64,000 bases of DNA from a virus (IMGVR_UViG_3300031784_000003); one strand, 5' to 3'; shown: positions 1 through 10,761, counted from the stretch's first letter. A program made the numbers and translations. The notes: generated by a model not told the origin, from the sequence alone.

Positions 1-142
1 ATAATATGTCAGGATTTTGACTATCCATTACTACGTCAAAATTTTTTTTTAATAACCATAAAAATATGTTATCATTAGATGAACCAGGTATAGACACATC
101 ATATGCCTCCCAGTTTAAAAAATGTACTTTTATTTTTTTCAT
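1..142 (-). CDS. Partial GT10 (alpha-1,3-fucosyltransferase-like) glycosyltransferase; N-terminus only, runs off window edge
   Basis: Manual translation from ATG at 142: MKKIKVHFLNWEAYDVSIPGSSNDNIFLWLLKKNFDVVMDSQNPDIL, resembling GT10 N-termini; not in ORF track. Confidence 0.55.
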   Translation of the reverse strand, partial: MKKIKVHFLNWEAYDVSIPGSSNDNIFLWLLKKNFDVVMDSQNPDIL

Positions 143-147
143 TTTAA

Positions 148-813
148 TTATTTTTTTTCAGTTAAATATTTTTTTATTACCATATAATCTTTTTCTAAAT
201 CAGGTGACAAAGCGGCAGAATGGTAACTAATACCTTCTGAATTAGTATATGTTGTAGAATGCAACGCACTATTAGCTGACACAAAATTAGAAACTAAAAC
301 ATTTTCTTCGTATTTAGATATATTTAAATTAATTGCGACTCCCCACAACCACCCATCTGTTTGAGAATAATCCGAAATTCTACCTGTTAAATCAAACCAT
401 TTTTTAGGTATTATTGGGATTAATGAAAAATGACTATCCCAATTAGATTCTAAAAGGTTAACCTTTACGTAATTAAATTCATTTTCATATTTTTTTAAAT
501 AAATGTCCCAATCTTTAGATAATATTTTACAATCATCTGCTAAACACCACAATAAATTACCATTTGACATTTCAGATAATTTATTAAAATAGAGATGTAA
601 ATTTTTATAAAATAACCTTTCAAAAAATACGACTTTAATATTGTTTTTATTTAATATAAAAGTATTTAAAAAATTTATAGTTTCACTATCATCATTATCT
701 ACACCTAATATAATTTCGTAATTTGCTTCATCACTAGCATTATCAATAATTGAATTTAATGTTATTTCTAATTCATTTATTTTAGATCTCGTTGGAAATA
801 TAATACTTATCAT
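148..813 (-). CDS. GT2-like glycosyltransferase
   Basis: MISIIFPTR start, EIILGVDNDD, WCLADD (DXD-like). Confidence 0.65.
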   Translation of the reverse strand: MISIIFPTRSKINELEITLNSIIDNASDEANYEIILGVDNDDSETINFLNTFILNKNNIKVVFFERLFYKNLHLYFNKLSEMSNGNLLWCLADDCKILSKDWDIYLKKYENEFNYVKVNLLESNWDSHFSLIPIIPKKWFDLTGRISDYSQTDGWLWGVAINLNISKYEENVLVSNFVSANSALHSTTYTNSEGISYHSAALSPDLEKDYMVIKKYLTEKK

Positions 814-1670
814 AATTTAATTTTTTTTAAAATGTAGTTTGACACACCTTCCGTTGAAATATTTTTATTAAAATAGTTCAAATTAAGAATATCAAATTCA
901 TTTAATTTTTCTATTTTTAAAAGGTTGTGGATTAAATTATCATTTAATTCTGACCAATTATCTAAAAATATTGCGGGTGAGTTTTCGTAAAACCAATTAC
1001 CATAAATAGAATTTTTAGGATATGTAGTTATCACAATACAGTTATTTTCAAATGATTCAAAATATCTAAATGATTCTGGGACTACTGCACCTAAAGGTAC
1101 AATTGATATTTTGGAGTTTGACATTAATTCATAATATTCCTCTAATTTAAATCCTTTAGCAAACCCATCTGTAATATTTACAATAGATTTAAAATTATTT
1201 TTTACTTTATTTAATTGATTTATACACTCTACCCTATTAGGTGACCATTGGGCAGAATAAAAAATATCGTATTCTCTTTCCCTCAACAGTCGTTTTGGTT
1301 TTTCCATATTATCATAACACCAATCAGAGTTACCAAAATAACCCCCAAATCCACATGAAAAACCACATGGTACTGCAAATATTTTTTTATTGTCATGAAG
1401 ATTACTATTACTGTATGTTCTGAATATTAAAAAAAATTCCTCAGTAAATGGTGGAATAATTCCTTTTTCATCAGAAAGTAGAATTAAAATATTTTTTTTA
1501 TTTTTTTTAATACAATTATATAATTGTTGTTTTTCTACTTCATCATTTGATCTAGAAATTATAAAATGATAATTATCATCTAATTCATTTTTTAAATGAT
1601 CTAAAACCCTTAAAAAGTAAGGTGCGTCAGCAACTTCTGGTTTTACCATTGGGGCTATAGTTATTTCCAT
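810..1670 (-). CDS. Exostosin/GT47-like glycosyltransferase
   Basis: C-terminal YYELMSNSKISIVPLG..ESFRYFESFENNCI pattern typical of exostosin-like GT-B C-domains. Confidence 0.55.
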   Translation of the reverse strand: MEITIAPMVKPEVADAPYFLRVLDHLKNELDDNYHFIISRSNDEVEKQQLYNCIKKNKKNILILLSDEKGIIPPFTEEFFLIFRTYSNSNLHDNKKIFAVPCGFSCGFGGYFGNSDWCYDNMEKPKRLLREREYDIFYSAQWSPNRVECINQLNKVKNNFKSIVNITDGFAKGFKLEEYYELMSNSKISIVPLGAVVPESFRYFESFENNCIVITTYPKNSIYGNWFYENSPAIFLDNWSELNDNLIHNLLKIEKLNEFDILNLNYFNKNISTEGVSNYILKKIKL

Positions 1671-1671
1671 A

Positions 1672-2331
1672 TTATCCGTTTTGTATTAATCCTGGTTGTG
1701 TCCATGCAACTTTTATTCCCTCAACTTGAATAATTTCGTTTAATTTAAAGTCTATTGGTAAATTTATGATATTAAATCTTGGTAATATTTTCTTAGTAGT
1801 ATCTATATCTAAAATATATGCGTGAGTACATCTTGTTTTTTGATTTTCATTATAATAAACATATTTACCATCAGTTGTATTATGCACATTAAAATTATGT
1901 GATGTGCCTACCATCAACATACCAATAGATTCATTTTTATTCATTTCTATAAACTCATCTACATTTTTTCCTAAAAATTCGTTAAAATTATCAGGTATTA
2001 AAGCATCATCCTCCAGTATTAAAACAGTTTTATAATTATTTTTTATTTGATCAATATAACACCATTTATGTTTTAAGACTAAACTTAAACTACCCATACT
2101 TATTTTTTTTGAAAAGTTTTGGTATATTCCGTGAGGTTGTACTATGTCTACTGGTTCAAAAATTTCCCAATTTAATAGTTCTTTTTCATAATCTATGTCG
2201 TTTGGGTGGTACGTCTGGACTAATTCGTAATCGATACCTTCTTTTTTTAAACTATTTTCTATCACTTCCCTTCTTTTATGGAAATCTACATGATTCAGTA
2301 CATAAATTTTATCTAAATTTTTAATTTTCAT
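1672..2331 (-). CDS. GT25 family glycosyltransferase
   Basis: KIYVLN..KRR, LILEDDA, CTHAYIL motifs. Confidence 0.8.
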   Translation of the reverse strand: MKIKNLDKIYVLNHVDFHKRREVIENSLKKEGIDYELVQTYHPNDIDYEKELLNWEIFEPVDIVQPHGIYQNFSKKISMGSLSLVLKHKWCYIDQIKNNYKTVLILEDDALIPDNFNEFLGKNVDEFIEMNKNESIGMLMVGTSHNFNVHNTTDGKYVYYNENQKTRCTHAYILDIDTTKKILPRFNIINLPIDFKLNEIIQVEGIKVAWTQPGLIQNG

Positions 2332-3229
2332 TTTCTATCAATTCTTTAATTATTTTTATAGGATTATATACGTTAATATAATTATATATCGCCCCATCAA
2401 AGTCATAATTTTTATTTTTTTGATTAATTATTTTTTTTATAGTATCAATTTCATTACCGTCATAATTTAAATACTCATAAGAATTAGGGTAAAATTCAGA
2501 TATAGATTCATGCCCATTATAAATAGGTATAGTTCTACATATTATAGGATCAATAATTTTTTCTGTTATATTACCTCTTATACTAGAATTTTCTAAAGAA
2601 ATAGTATACTCATAATCTTTTAATCCGTTAAGTTTATTACTCAAAAACCCTTTATATCTAACATCATTTACCCCAATAGACCCCCAATCCTGACCATACA
2701 TATCAAAATCCAAATCACTTGATAATAACTTTAATACTAAATTTTCTCTTTCCTTATATCTTGTAATATTATGTATATTTTTTATAGAATGCGCCTCACT
2801 ATGATAATTAACAATTATAGATAATTTTTTAGTTTTAATAAAATTTTGTTCTAATAGTTTTTTAGTAGTCTCATGTTGGTGTATTATCTCACCTTTATAT
2901 TGACATTCATACAATCTATGTGTCCCTAAAAGTGGAGAAAAAACAATATTATCTTTTTTGTAAACATCTGGTTGGTAACTTATTACTTTATTACACCTAT
3001 CAAATAAAGAAGAATCAAAATTAGGTGACCAATTAGGTTCTAATATTATACCATATAAATTTTTTTTATCTATATTAGGTATGTTAGATTTATTTAAAAC
3101 CACTAAATGTGTATAGTCATTACCATATGTAATAATGTCATTATACTTACCATCAATGTTCCAAATATCATTAATAAAACTATAAATATTATAGTCACTA
3201 TTCCAATATGCAATAAATTTAATTTTCAT
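2321..3229 (-). CDS. GT10-like (fucosyltransferase-like) glycosyltransferase
   Basis: YEYTISLENS...ITEKIIDPIICRTIPIYNG motif. Confidence 0.7.
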   Translation of the reverse strand: MKIKFIAYWNSDYNIYSFINDIWNIDGKYNDIITYGNDYTHLVVLNKSNIPNIDKKNLYGIILEPNWSPNFDSSLFDRCNKVISYQPDVYKKDNIVFSPLLGTHRLYECQYKGEIIHQHETTKKLLEQNFIKTKKLSIIVNYHSEAHSIKNIHNITRYKERENLVLKLLSSDLDFDMYGQDWGSIGVNDVRYKGFLSNKLNGLKDYEYTISLENSSIRGNITEKIIDPIICRTIPIYNGHESISEFYPNSYEYLNYDGNEIDTIKKIINQKNKNYDFDGAIYNYINVYNPIKIIKELIENEN

Positions 3230-4019
3230 TATAGATGTTATTTTTTATTTTATTTTCCCAATAAACAAAATCTAATTTTTCAGTATTCCATTTACTATTT
3301 ATAATCCTTTCATACTCATCATTTAAAAATTCTTCTGTGATTTCACTCCATTCATTTACAAAACAAATAGGTAAATCTTCGTAAAACCTATTATTTTTAT
3401 TCCTTTTTTCAACTGGTATCGATCCAACATATAAAGTTTCCCAAGTCCTATGAGTATCGATACCATTACCTTCAGGACATAAAACAAATTTATGGTTATG
3501 GATATTATGTAAATAATTATCAAAATTATGACCATTGATACCATTTTCTAATGTAACCCATTTTTTATCTTTAAAAATGTTATAAGGTTCTATTCTTTGG
3601 GAGGGGTTAGTATTTATATTATGACAAACATATAATGTGTTTTTATAATATTTTTTTTGTTCAGATATTTTAATTATCTTATCTAACTTTTTTAGATTAG
3701 TAAACCACATACTATTTTCTAAACCTATAGGTATGGATTCTATTTTATCATGAACCACATCAATATTTTGACCATACCATTTAATTAAATTATCAGGTAT
3801 ATTAATTTTATTTATATCGCAATCATTACTACTACCACTATCAAATCTTTTTGGTGTTTCAGTAACCGATCCATCACTATTATGTGTAATTAAAATAAAA
3901 TTATTTTTAGGTGGGTTAACAAAAAAATCAAATACTTCATGTGTATGACAATAAAAAATTTTTTCATTATCACATAAAGAAATAAAATTTTCACCCTTTA
4001 TATATTTTTTTATTGCCAT
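3219..4019 (-). CDS. Exostosin/GT47-like glycosyltransferase
   Basis: ITHNSD, IPIGLEN, KFVLCPEGNGIDTHRTWETLYVGSIP. Confidence 0.65.
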   Translation of the reverse strand: MAIKKYIKGENFISLCDNEKIFYCHTHEVFDFFVNPPKNNFILITHNSDGSVTETPKRFDSGSSNDCDINKINIPDNLIKWYGQNIDVVHDKIESIPIGLENSMWFTNLKKLDKIIKISEQKKYYKNTLYVCHNINTNPSQRIEPYNIFKDKKWVTLENGINGHNFDNYLHNIHNHKFVLCPEGNGIDTHRTWETLYVGSIPVEKRNKNNRFYEDLPICFVNEWSEITEEFLNDEYERIINSKWNTEKLDFVYWENKIKNNIYNEN

Positions 4020-4801
4020 GAATTATACCATAAATGTATACAAATAGTTTTTTCTGTATTATAAGAATAAATATAATCTTTTAAATCGTCAAACCTACCC
4101 CTAATTTTGTGTCTCTCTGTGGCGGGTAATGGATAAAAGTATGGTGTTGGTAAAACAACTATATCTTCATCTTTTTGACTATTAATATAGTTAAAAAATA
4201 CTGTAGAGAAAAAGTATGGTCCAGTATTATTCATAATAGTTTCATGATTATTATTAGAAACGTCAATATTTTTAAAATTATCATACAACAAATTTAATAA
4301 ATTTTTTAATAAATTGTTATTTTTTGTTGCACCTATTAAACCATTAAAAACCATAGGTTCTCTAGAATGTCCTACACCCGTAAAAAAATCATTTTTTAAT
4401 AACGAATCAAAAGAAGTAACCATCTCAAAATCACTATCCAAATAGATACCACCTTCTCTGTATAGAATTTCATATCTAGCAACATCAGATTTACTACCAT
4501 AATTAGATAAATTGTCGTATAATTCCCTATTAATCATAGGGTAATCCCTTAAATCCTCTTCACCCCAAAGTTTGTATTCCCATTCAGGATGGTTTTCAAT
4601 TATTTTAGGTATTAATTGTTTATGTTCTTTAGGCATATCACCTATCCATATTTGATGAATTTTTTTTGGTATTTTATCAACTTTATTACCACTATTTTGA
4701 AATTTATTATAAAGTTCTTCTATAATATCCCAGTTCCCGTTCGGAACAACATTCCAATGACTTATTAAGTCACACCCCATTAGTTTTTTAAAAGATTCCA
4801 T
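4010..4801 (-). CDS. GT32 (Och1/TcdA-TcdB DXD-type) glycosyltransferase
   Basis: KIPKKIHQIW, SDVARYEILYREGGIYLDSD, HLW near C-terminus. Confidence 0.85.
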   Translation of the reverse strand: MESFKKLMGCDLISHWNVVPNGNWDIIEELYNKFQNSGNKVDKIPKKIHQIWIGDMPKEHKQLIPKIIENHPEWEYKLWGEEDLRDYPMINRELYDNLSNYGSKSDVARYEILYREGGIYLDSDFEMVTSFDSLLKNDFFTGVGHSREPMVFNGLIGATKNNNLLKNLLNLLYDNFKNIDVSNNNHETIMNNTGPYFFSTVFFNYINSQKDEDIVVLPTPYFYPLPATERHKIRGRFDDLKDYIYSYNTEKTICIHLWYNSWQ

Positions 4802-4804
4802 AAT

Positions 4805-5725
4805 TTAAATTATATTATAAGGTAAATTATATCTATAAAAATCATATAAAGATTTTAAATCTTTTATACCATCTTCTAAATTTAAATTTGTTTTAAACCC
4901 CAATTTATTGATTTTATTAAAAGATACTTGAAAATCTCTAGCGTCTAAATCGGGTAGTGTTGAATCGATTAATTCAAAATTTACGTATTTTTTTATTGTG
5001 TTAGCAATATCTATTTTAGAATAATTCAACTCACCGTCACCAACATTGTAAACTTCATTTTTACTTTTTTCAAAATTATTTAACACAAATATATAAGACT
5101 CTATAACATCATCAATATGGACAAAGGTTCTTTTTGAATGACCAGCAAAAACAACAATACTTCTATCTACTATTGATTTATACATAAAGTCATTAACCAT
5201 TAAATCATTTCTCATTTTAGGGCTTACACCAAAAACAGTTGCAAATCTCAATGACACACTATTTTCTTTATCTTGCACAATTTTTTCTGCCTCATACTTA
5301 GTTTTCCCATATAAACTAACGGGTATAATAACACTATCTTCATATGCCATTTCACCATTAAAATTACCATATGATGAGGTAGTGGATGCATTTATAATAA
5401 TTTGATCTTTAGATAAAAGTTTTACCAATGATTTAGTTGCCCCAACATTTATAGATTCCGCAGAGCTTGGATTTGCCGCACATGCAGGCATACCACTTAT
5501 GCCTGCCAAATGATACACCACATCAAAATTATTAACATCCTTTTCTTTAATATTTCTTATGTCCATTTTTATCACATTTAAATTTTTATTTTTTATTAAA
5601 TGCAATATACTATCATAACCATACATAAAATTATCTAAAATGGTTACTTTATGATTCATACTTAATAAACGTTCTGTCAATAAGATACCTTTATATCCAG
5701 CCCCTCCAGTAATTAATATATTCAT
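4805..5725 (-). CDS. NAD-dependent epimerase/dehydratase (extended SDR)
   Basis: ILITGGAGYKG Rossmann motif, YGKTK catalytic YxxxK, LRFATVFG. Confidence 0.9.
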   Translation of the reverse strand: MNILITGGAGYKGILLTERLLSMNHKVTILDNFMYGYDSILHLIKNKNLNVIKMDIRNIKEKDVNNFDVVYHLAGISGMPACAANPSSAESINVGATKSLVKLLSKDQIIINASTTSSYGNFNGEMAYEDSVIIPVSLYGKTKYEAEKIVQDKENSVSLRFATVFGVSPKMRNDLMVNDFMYKSIVDRSIVVFAGHSKRTFVHIDDVIESYIFVLNNFEKSKNEVYNVGDGELNYSKIDIANTIKKYVNFELIDSTLPDLDARDFQVSFNKINKLGFKTNLNLEDGIKDLKSLYDFYRYNLPYNII

Positions 5726-5740
5726 AATCTTTTATTTTTT

Positions 5741-6685
5741 TTATAATGGTTTCCATACAATTAGTGAGTGACCTTCAATAAAGTAACTACCACTATATGT
5801 TCTTTGTTTATTTAAAATCTTAATTTTACCCTCTTTTTCTAATGAAATTAGATAGGGTAAAAAACCATCTAAATAATTTCTTTTTCTAAAATATCTAATT
5901 GATAAATTATCTATTAATTTAGTTTCATCTAATAATTCATCTATAGGCTCCATATGTATACACACTTTTGGTTTTTTACTAATTAAATAATCAACAAAAC
6001 TTTTATAATTAGAACCAACTTGTTCTAACGCAGCAACTGTGTATATACCTGTTTTTTCTGTCAACTCTATATCATAATTAGGGTTGAAAAAGTCAAAGTT
6101 AAATGGGTTTATGTTTAAACCTAAAGTTTCATTAATTTCTTTTATTATTTTTTGTGACGATGTTGTCCAATCGGATCCATTTAATTTAAAATTATTATTA
6201 TAATTATTTAATCTTATTAAATGATATGCTGGCCCACAACCAAATTCAAAAACATCCTCAACATCTTTAAGATAATGTCTTAAAATTGCATCCACAAAAC
6301 AAATATGAATTTTGTAATCGAAATTTTCTGTTATAGGGTTTACTGGTTCACCTAACCATCTAACAATTCTATTTTTACCATGATATTTAGGTATTAGATT
6401 GTTTATATTTTTATCATTTTTAAAAAGGTTTAAATTTTCTCCCCAACCGTTTTCCCATTCTAAAATTCTGTGCTCACCAGATTTAGTTATGTCACTACTT
6501 AATACGTTAAAAACATTTAAAATATAGTCATCTCTCTCCTCTTTAGATAAAGTTTTATATTTTAAATTAAACTCTTTAATTCTTTCTCTAATTTCTTCAT
6601 CTATTTTAAACCCCAATATTTCTTCAATGTCTTTATAAGTAATTGTTTTAATTTCTGTTTCTGTTTTATACATAATATTTTTCAT
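5741..6685 (-). CDS. Class I SAM-dependent methyltransferase-like protein (putative sugar methyltransferase)
   Basis: VFEFGCG SAM-binding motif I; lies in sugar operon. Confidence 0.65.
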   Translation of the reverse strand: MKNIMYKTETEIKTITYKDIEEILGFKIDEEIRERIKEFNLKYKTLSKEERDDYILNVFNVLSSDITKSGEHRILEWENGWGENLNLFKNDKNINNLIPKYHGKNRIVRWLGEPVNPITENFDYKIHICFVDAILRHYLKDVEDVFEFGCGPAYHLIRLNNYNNNFKLNGSDWTTSSQKIIKEINETLGLNINPFNFDFFNPNYDIELTEKTGIYTVAALEQVGSNYKSFVDYLISKKPKVCIHMEPIDELLDETKLIDNLSIRYFRKRNYLDGFLPYLISLEKEGKIKILNKQRTYSGSYFIEGHSLIVWKPL

Positions 6686-7682
6686 ATAATTCTTTTTGCC
6701 ATTTAATTGTGTTATTTAATCCATAAGTTAGTGATTTAAATTTAATATCACCAAACTCATTTGTGTAGGTTTTTGTTGAAATATTTACCATTTTAGGATT
6801 ACCTTCCATTCCCTTAATTTCAGAAGGTATTCTAACCTCTTTACCTAATATATTACCAATAGACTTTGCTAAATCGTATATTGTTGTTATACTGTCACCA
6901 CCTACATTATAAACTGTAGATTTTCCGAACAATAATATGTTCCAAAACATTTCAACAACATCTGTTATGTAACAATATGTTCTTATTGCTTCACCTCTAT
7001 CCATTAATGTAATATCATTGTTTTTTAAACCCTTTTCAATTAAAGAATTTAAAACCCTATGGTCACCTACTTTAGTTCCTGGTCCATATGCTAAACTAAG
7101 TCTTATGATTTTAACATCAACATTTTGTTTTACATATGAATGACATATTGATTCCCCACATCTTTTCCCCTCAATATAACAAGATCTGGGGTGATCAGTG
7201 TTAGTAGTCCCTATTTGTGATTCATCAATACTTTCCACATCTAAACCACTATATAGTTCGCTGGTACTCACAAATAAAAATTTACCACCATCATTTAATT
7301 TATCAAATAAATTAATAGTTGAGTTAGTATTAAGTGATATGGTTTTTATTTTATTTTCTAAAAATTTTCCTGGTTGACCATATCCTGCTGCGTGTATAAT
7401 ACAGTCATATTTAGGTAATTTTTTAAAACTTTCTGAGTTAGTAATATCAGATTGTATAATTTGGCAATCTTTAAAAATTTCATTAAAGGGGTATTCTAAA
7501 TCGTTTTTAACCCAACAAGTTATTTTTAGATTATATTTTTCTTTAATTTCTTTCAAACAAGATACCATATAAACACCAACTAACCCTGATGCACCAGTTA
7601 CCAATATAGATTTATCTTTTAACTGACTAAAATCTATATTATCTACAATTTCTACACATTCTTTTTTTATGATTCTATACAT
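6666..7682 (-). CDS. NDP-sugar epimerase/dehydratase, UDP-glucuronate decarboxylase (UXS)-like
   Basis: ILVTGASGLVG, STSELY, PRSCYIEGKR (compare UXS PRSCYDEGKR). Confidence 0.8.
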   Translation of the reverse strand: MYRIIKKECVEIVDNIDFSQLKDKSILVTGASGLVGVYMVSCLKEIKEKYNLKITCWVKNDLEYPFNEIFKDCQIIQSDITNSESFKKLPKYDCIIHAAGYGQPGKFLENKIKTISLNTNSTINLFDKLNDGGKFLFVSTSELYSGLDVESIDESQIGTTNTDHPRSCYIEGKRCGESICHSYVKQNVDVKIIRLSLAYGPGTKVGDHRVLNSLIEKGLKNNDITLMDRGEAIRTYCYITDVVEMFWNILLFGKSTVYNVGGDSITTIYDLAKSIGNILGKEVRIPSEIKGMEGNPKMVNISTKTYTNEFGDIKFKSLTYGLNNTIKWQKELYEKYYV

Positions 7683-8545
7683 TTTTTAATCCTATTTTTA
7701 ATTCCTAAAACATCTAAATTTAAATTTTTATCATGTTGATCCTTTGTACCATAATTTTTAAGAAACTTATGTGGTACACCTATATTAACTAATGAATATT
7801 TTTTACCCTCTAATGTTTTATTTATGTTATAATTTAAACCTCCTTCATAGAATGGTTCTACTACTATAATATTCTCATTAAAATTATTTTTCAGAGTTTC
7901 TCCGTCAAATGGTTTAATTGATGTGTAATAAAGAATAGTTACATCCATATCTATAGTAGATTCAATAACTTTTTGTAACATATTACCTACACAAATTATA
8001 GTTGCATCTTTTCCTTTTTTTATTACATTCGCTTTACCTAATTTCACATCAACGTCAATACTATTTTCATATTCACTTAATCTATAATAAGTGGGGTTGT
8101 CATTAGAAAACCCTTCCTTAAACAAAGTATCAAATTCCTTTGATGTTCCTGGTAAAATTACTTCCATATTAGGTATAGTTAATAATTGTTGAACGTCTCC
8201 AGGACAGTGGTGGGTTGGACCTAAACCCGCATAGTCATAAGAAGAACCTACACTCACAAAATTACCTTTAAAATTTTGATATCCAAAATCTACTTTTAAT
8301 TGTTCCAAAGATCTTTCCACTAAAAATGGCGCAATTGTATGTACTATAGGATTTAATCCCACACTAGATAAACCAGAAGATAAACTGATGGTACTTTGTT
8401 CTAAAATACCTATATTATAAACCCTATTAGGGTAATTTATAAATGATTCCCTAAACCCAAATACACCAATATCTCCTAATAGTAATACCGCATTTTGATC
8501 ATTTTTTAAAATACTTTCTACAGTTTTAACAAATTGTTTTCTCAT
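7667..8545 (-). CDS. Transketolase-like, C-terminal (pyrimidine-binding) subunit
   Basis: NIGILEQ, GPTHH, YYRL, VVEP motifs of TK C-terminal half. Confidence 0.9.
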   Translation of the reverse strand: MRKQFVKTVESILKNDQNAVLLLGDIGVFGFRESFINYPNRVYNIGILEQSTISLSSGLSSVGLNPIVHTIAPFLVERSLEQLKVDFGYQNFKGNFVSVGSSYDYAGLGPTHHCPGDVQQLLTIPNMEVILPGTSKEFDTLFKEGFSNDNPTYYRLSEYENSIDVDVKLGKANVIKKGKDATIICVGNMLQKVIESTIDMDVTILYYTSIKPFDGETLKNNFNENIIVVEPFYEGGLNYNINKTLEGKKYSLVNIGVPHKFLKNYGTKDQHDKNLNLDVLGIKNRIKKCIES

Positions 8546-9273
8546 AATAATTCTGTAATAATTTTTTTATATTCATCATCATTTGGTGATTTATGATGCC
8601 ATTCAGGATTATTTTCCATAATACTACAACCTTTACCTTTAATAGTATTGCATAATATGAAAATAGGTTTATCTGAATTACTGGATAGTGCCTCATATAT
8701 TTCTTCGTTATTATGACCATCAACTTCTATACACTCCCAATTAAATGAAGTAAACTTTTTAATAACATCATCAATTTTTAGTGCCCTATCATTAGATCTG
8801 TTATAATCCATTATACAGTATAAATTATTTAATTTATGGTGAGACGCTAATAACGCAGATTCCCAATTAGTCCCTTCATTAGATTCTCCATCACCAATAA
8901 TTACAAAAACTTTATTATCATTATTTTTTATTTTTTCACCTAATGCAATTCCAACACCCATAGGTAAACCATGACCTAAAGATCCTGTTGATGCCTCTAT
9001 ATTCTTAACCCTATTTGATGGGTGACCCCCTAACATACTTTCATATTCACAAAAATTATCTAAGTCTTGATCCAATAAACCAAAATGCTCTAAAATTGCG
9101 TATAAACCTAAAGACGCATGACCCTTACTCAATATGAAGTGATGATCACTGTTTTTCAATATTTTATCATAAAGTACATATAAAATATTTAATACCGATA
9201 ATGAGCTACCAATATGACCTTCTTTAGATTTATGAGAAATGTCAATTATTCTTTTAATTATTTTTTTTTCCAT
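8542..9273 (-). CDS. Transketolase-like, N-terminal (ThDP-binding) subunit
   Basis: GHIGSSLS, LSKGHA, GHP, STGSLGHG, GDGESNEG...DYN ThDP motif, TIKGKG, WHH. Confidence 0.92.
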   Translation of the reverse strand: MEKKIIKRIIDISHKSKEGHIGSSLSVLNILYVLYDKILKNSDHHFILSKGHASLGLYAILEHFGLLDQDLDNFCEYESMLGGHPSNRVKNIEASTGSLGHGLPMGVGIALGEKIKNNDNKVFVIIGDGESNEGTNWESALLASHHKLNNLYCIMDYNRSNDRALKIDDVIKKFTSFNWECIEVDGHNNEEIYEALSSNSDKPIFILCNTIKGKGCSIMENNPEWHHKSPNDDEYKKIITELL

Positions 9274-10076
9274 TCATTAATTTTTTCATATATTATGTCA
9301 TCAGCCACCAAATACTTTTTAGATAAATTAAAATTATTTTCGATACTTTTAATTTTACTAAGATACACATCTTTATTCAATTTAGGAATTAAATTTTGTA
9401 ATTCTTCGATTGTCTCAAAAAATAAAAATCCATCAGTGTCAAAAAAGTCCCCTATAGACGGACATCCATAATAGACAGGTATTGTTCCAGTAACTAAACA
9501 ATCTAATAATTTTTCTGTAAATAAATAATCCATTACCTGATTTTCCATTACAATACAAAACATATAATCCTTTAATACATCTATTTTATTTTCTATATGT
9601 ATATATCCTGAACCATAAACGTCAATACCTGACACATTTTGTATAACTTCATGTCTATATTTATGTGCTTTAGTTATTTTTTTGTTTGAGGCAATAGTGC
9701 AAATAATTTTATTTTCATCCTTATCATATATTTTTCTATCCTCTTCAGATATCCAACAACCTCCAATAGGTAACATCTCAAATTTGTCAGATAATTCTAA
9801 CAATTTTTTATCATAAGTAAATATTTTCTCAAAAAGATTATGATTTTTTATTGCAAAATCATATGTATGATTAGTAACTTCTGGCGGCTCTATAATCCAA
9901 CCATACAACCTTTTATCTTTAATATGATTAACAATTTCTAAATTTGTTGTCACAATATCATTTGTTTGTTCATAATTACCTCTAACCCAAACAAATTTTT
10001 GAGGTTCATTATACCAACTAGATGATGGTGCATGTGAAAATTGATTGTCGTATATATATAAATTATCTTTTTTCAT
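9258..10076 (-). CDS. GT10-like (fucosyltransferase-like) glycosyltransferase
   Basis: YMFCIVMEN...FTEKLLDCLVTGTIPVYYG. Confidence 0.75.
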   Translation of the reverse strand: MKKDNLYIYDNQFSHAPSSSWYNEPQKFVWVRGNYEQTNDIVTTNLEIVNHIKDKRLYGWIIEPPEVTNHTYDFAIKNHNLFEKIFTYDKKLLELSDKFEMLPIGGCWISEEDRKIYDKDENKIICTIASNKKITKAHKYRHEVIQNVSGIDVYGSGYIHIENKIDVLKDYMFCIVMENQVMDYLFTEKLLDCLVTGTIPVYYGCPSIGDFFDTDGFLFFETIEELQNLIPKLNKDVYLSKIKSIENNFNLSKKYLVADDIIYEKINEWKKK

Positions 10077-10088
10077 TTTTTTCTATAA

Positions 10089-10700
10089 TCACCCTTTAAT
10101 ATAAAACGCATCACCCCAAGTTACGCCCTCCCAAGTTGTTTCAACTCTACTGAACCCATAAGAATTTAAAAATTGATCTAATTCTTCTACTTTAGCACAC
10201 CCTTTATATAATTCAGCTCTATTCACTTCAGTCATTACATAATCAACAGAATTTAAAAATTCTGAACCACCCTTAAATACTTCTAATTCATAACCCTGAA
10301 CGTCAATATTAATAAAATTATAGTTAATATTTTCGTCTATAAAATTGTCTAATTTTGTAATCTTAACTTTTTCTTTACCATTAAATTGAATGGTTGGATG
10401 TTGGACTAAATGGTAATCAGGTTCTAAAACAGAACTAGATTGCCCTTCATTAATTGTTTCAGTAAACATTTCTACCTCACCTTCTATATTACCCAACGCG
10501 GTATTAACTAATATTGCCTTATCCCCAACATTTTCTTTTAGTCTATCAAATGTTTTTTTTAAAGGTTCAAAAAACATAACGTTTTTAATACCTAATCTTT
10601 CGTAGGTTTGAAATTCTTGACCAATATGTGCCCCAATATGTAAAACACCTTTAATTTTTAAATTGTATTTTTCTTTTAAACTATCTAAATTTAATAACAT
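10089..10700 (-). CDS. FkbM family methyltransferase
   Basis: GVLHIGAHIGQE, FFEP, INIDVQGYELEVFKG. Confidence 0.88.
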   Translation of the reverse strand: MLLNLDSLKEKYNLKIKGVLHIGAHIGQEFQTYERLGIKNVMFFEPLKKTFDRLKENVGDKAILVNTALGNIEGEVEMFTETINEGQSSSVLEPDYHLVQHPTIQFNGKEKVKITKLDNFIDENINYNFINIDVQGYELEVFKGGSEFLNSVDYVMTEVNRAELYKGCAKVEELDQFLNSYGFSRVETTWEGVTWGDAFYIKG

Positions 10701-10732
10701 AAGAATTATTTTTTTTTATTATATAATATAAA

Positions 10733-10761
10733 ATTATAGTAAAATTTTTTTAAAAAGTAAA
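10733..10761 (-). promoter_or_regulatory. Possible sigma70-like promoter upstream of FkbM gene
   Basis: Minus strand TTTACT-N17-TATAAT in the only sizeable gap of the glyco cluster; region is very AT-rich. Confidence 0.35.

Noticed and set aside
7667-9273. Transketolase as a pentose-phosphate auxiliary metabolic gene
   Set aside because: It is split into two short subunits and embedded in an NDP-sugar/GT operon; sugar-branching function is more plausible.
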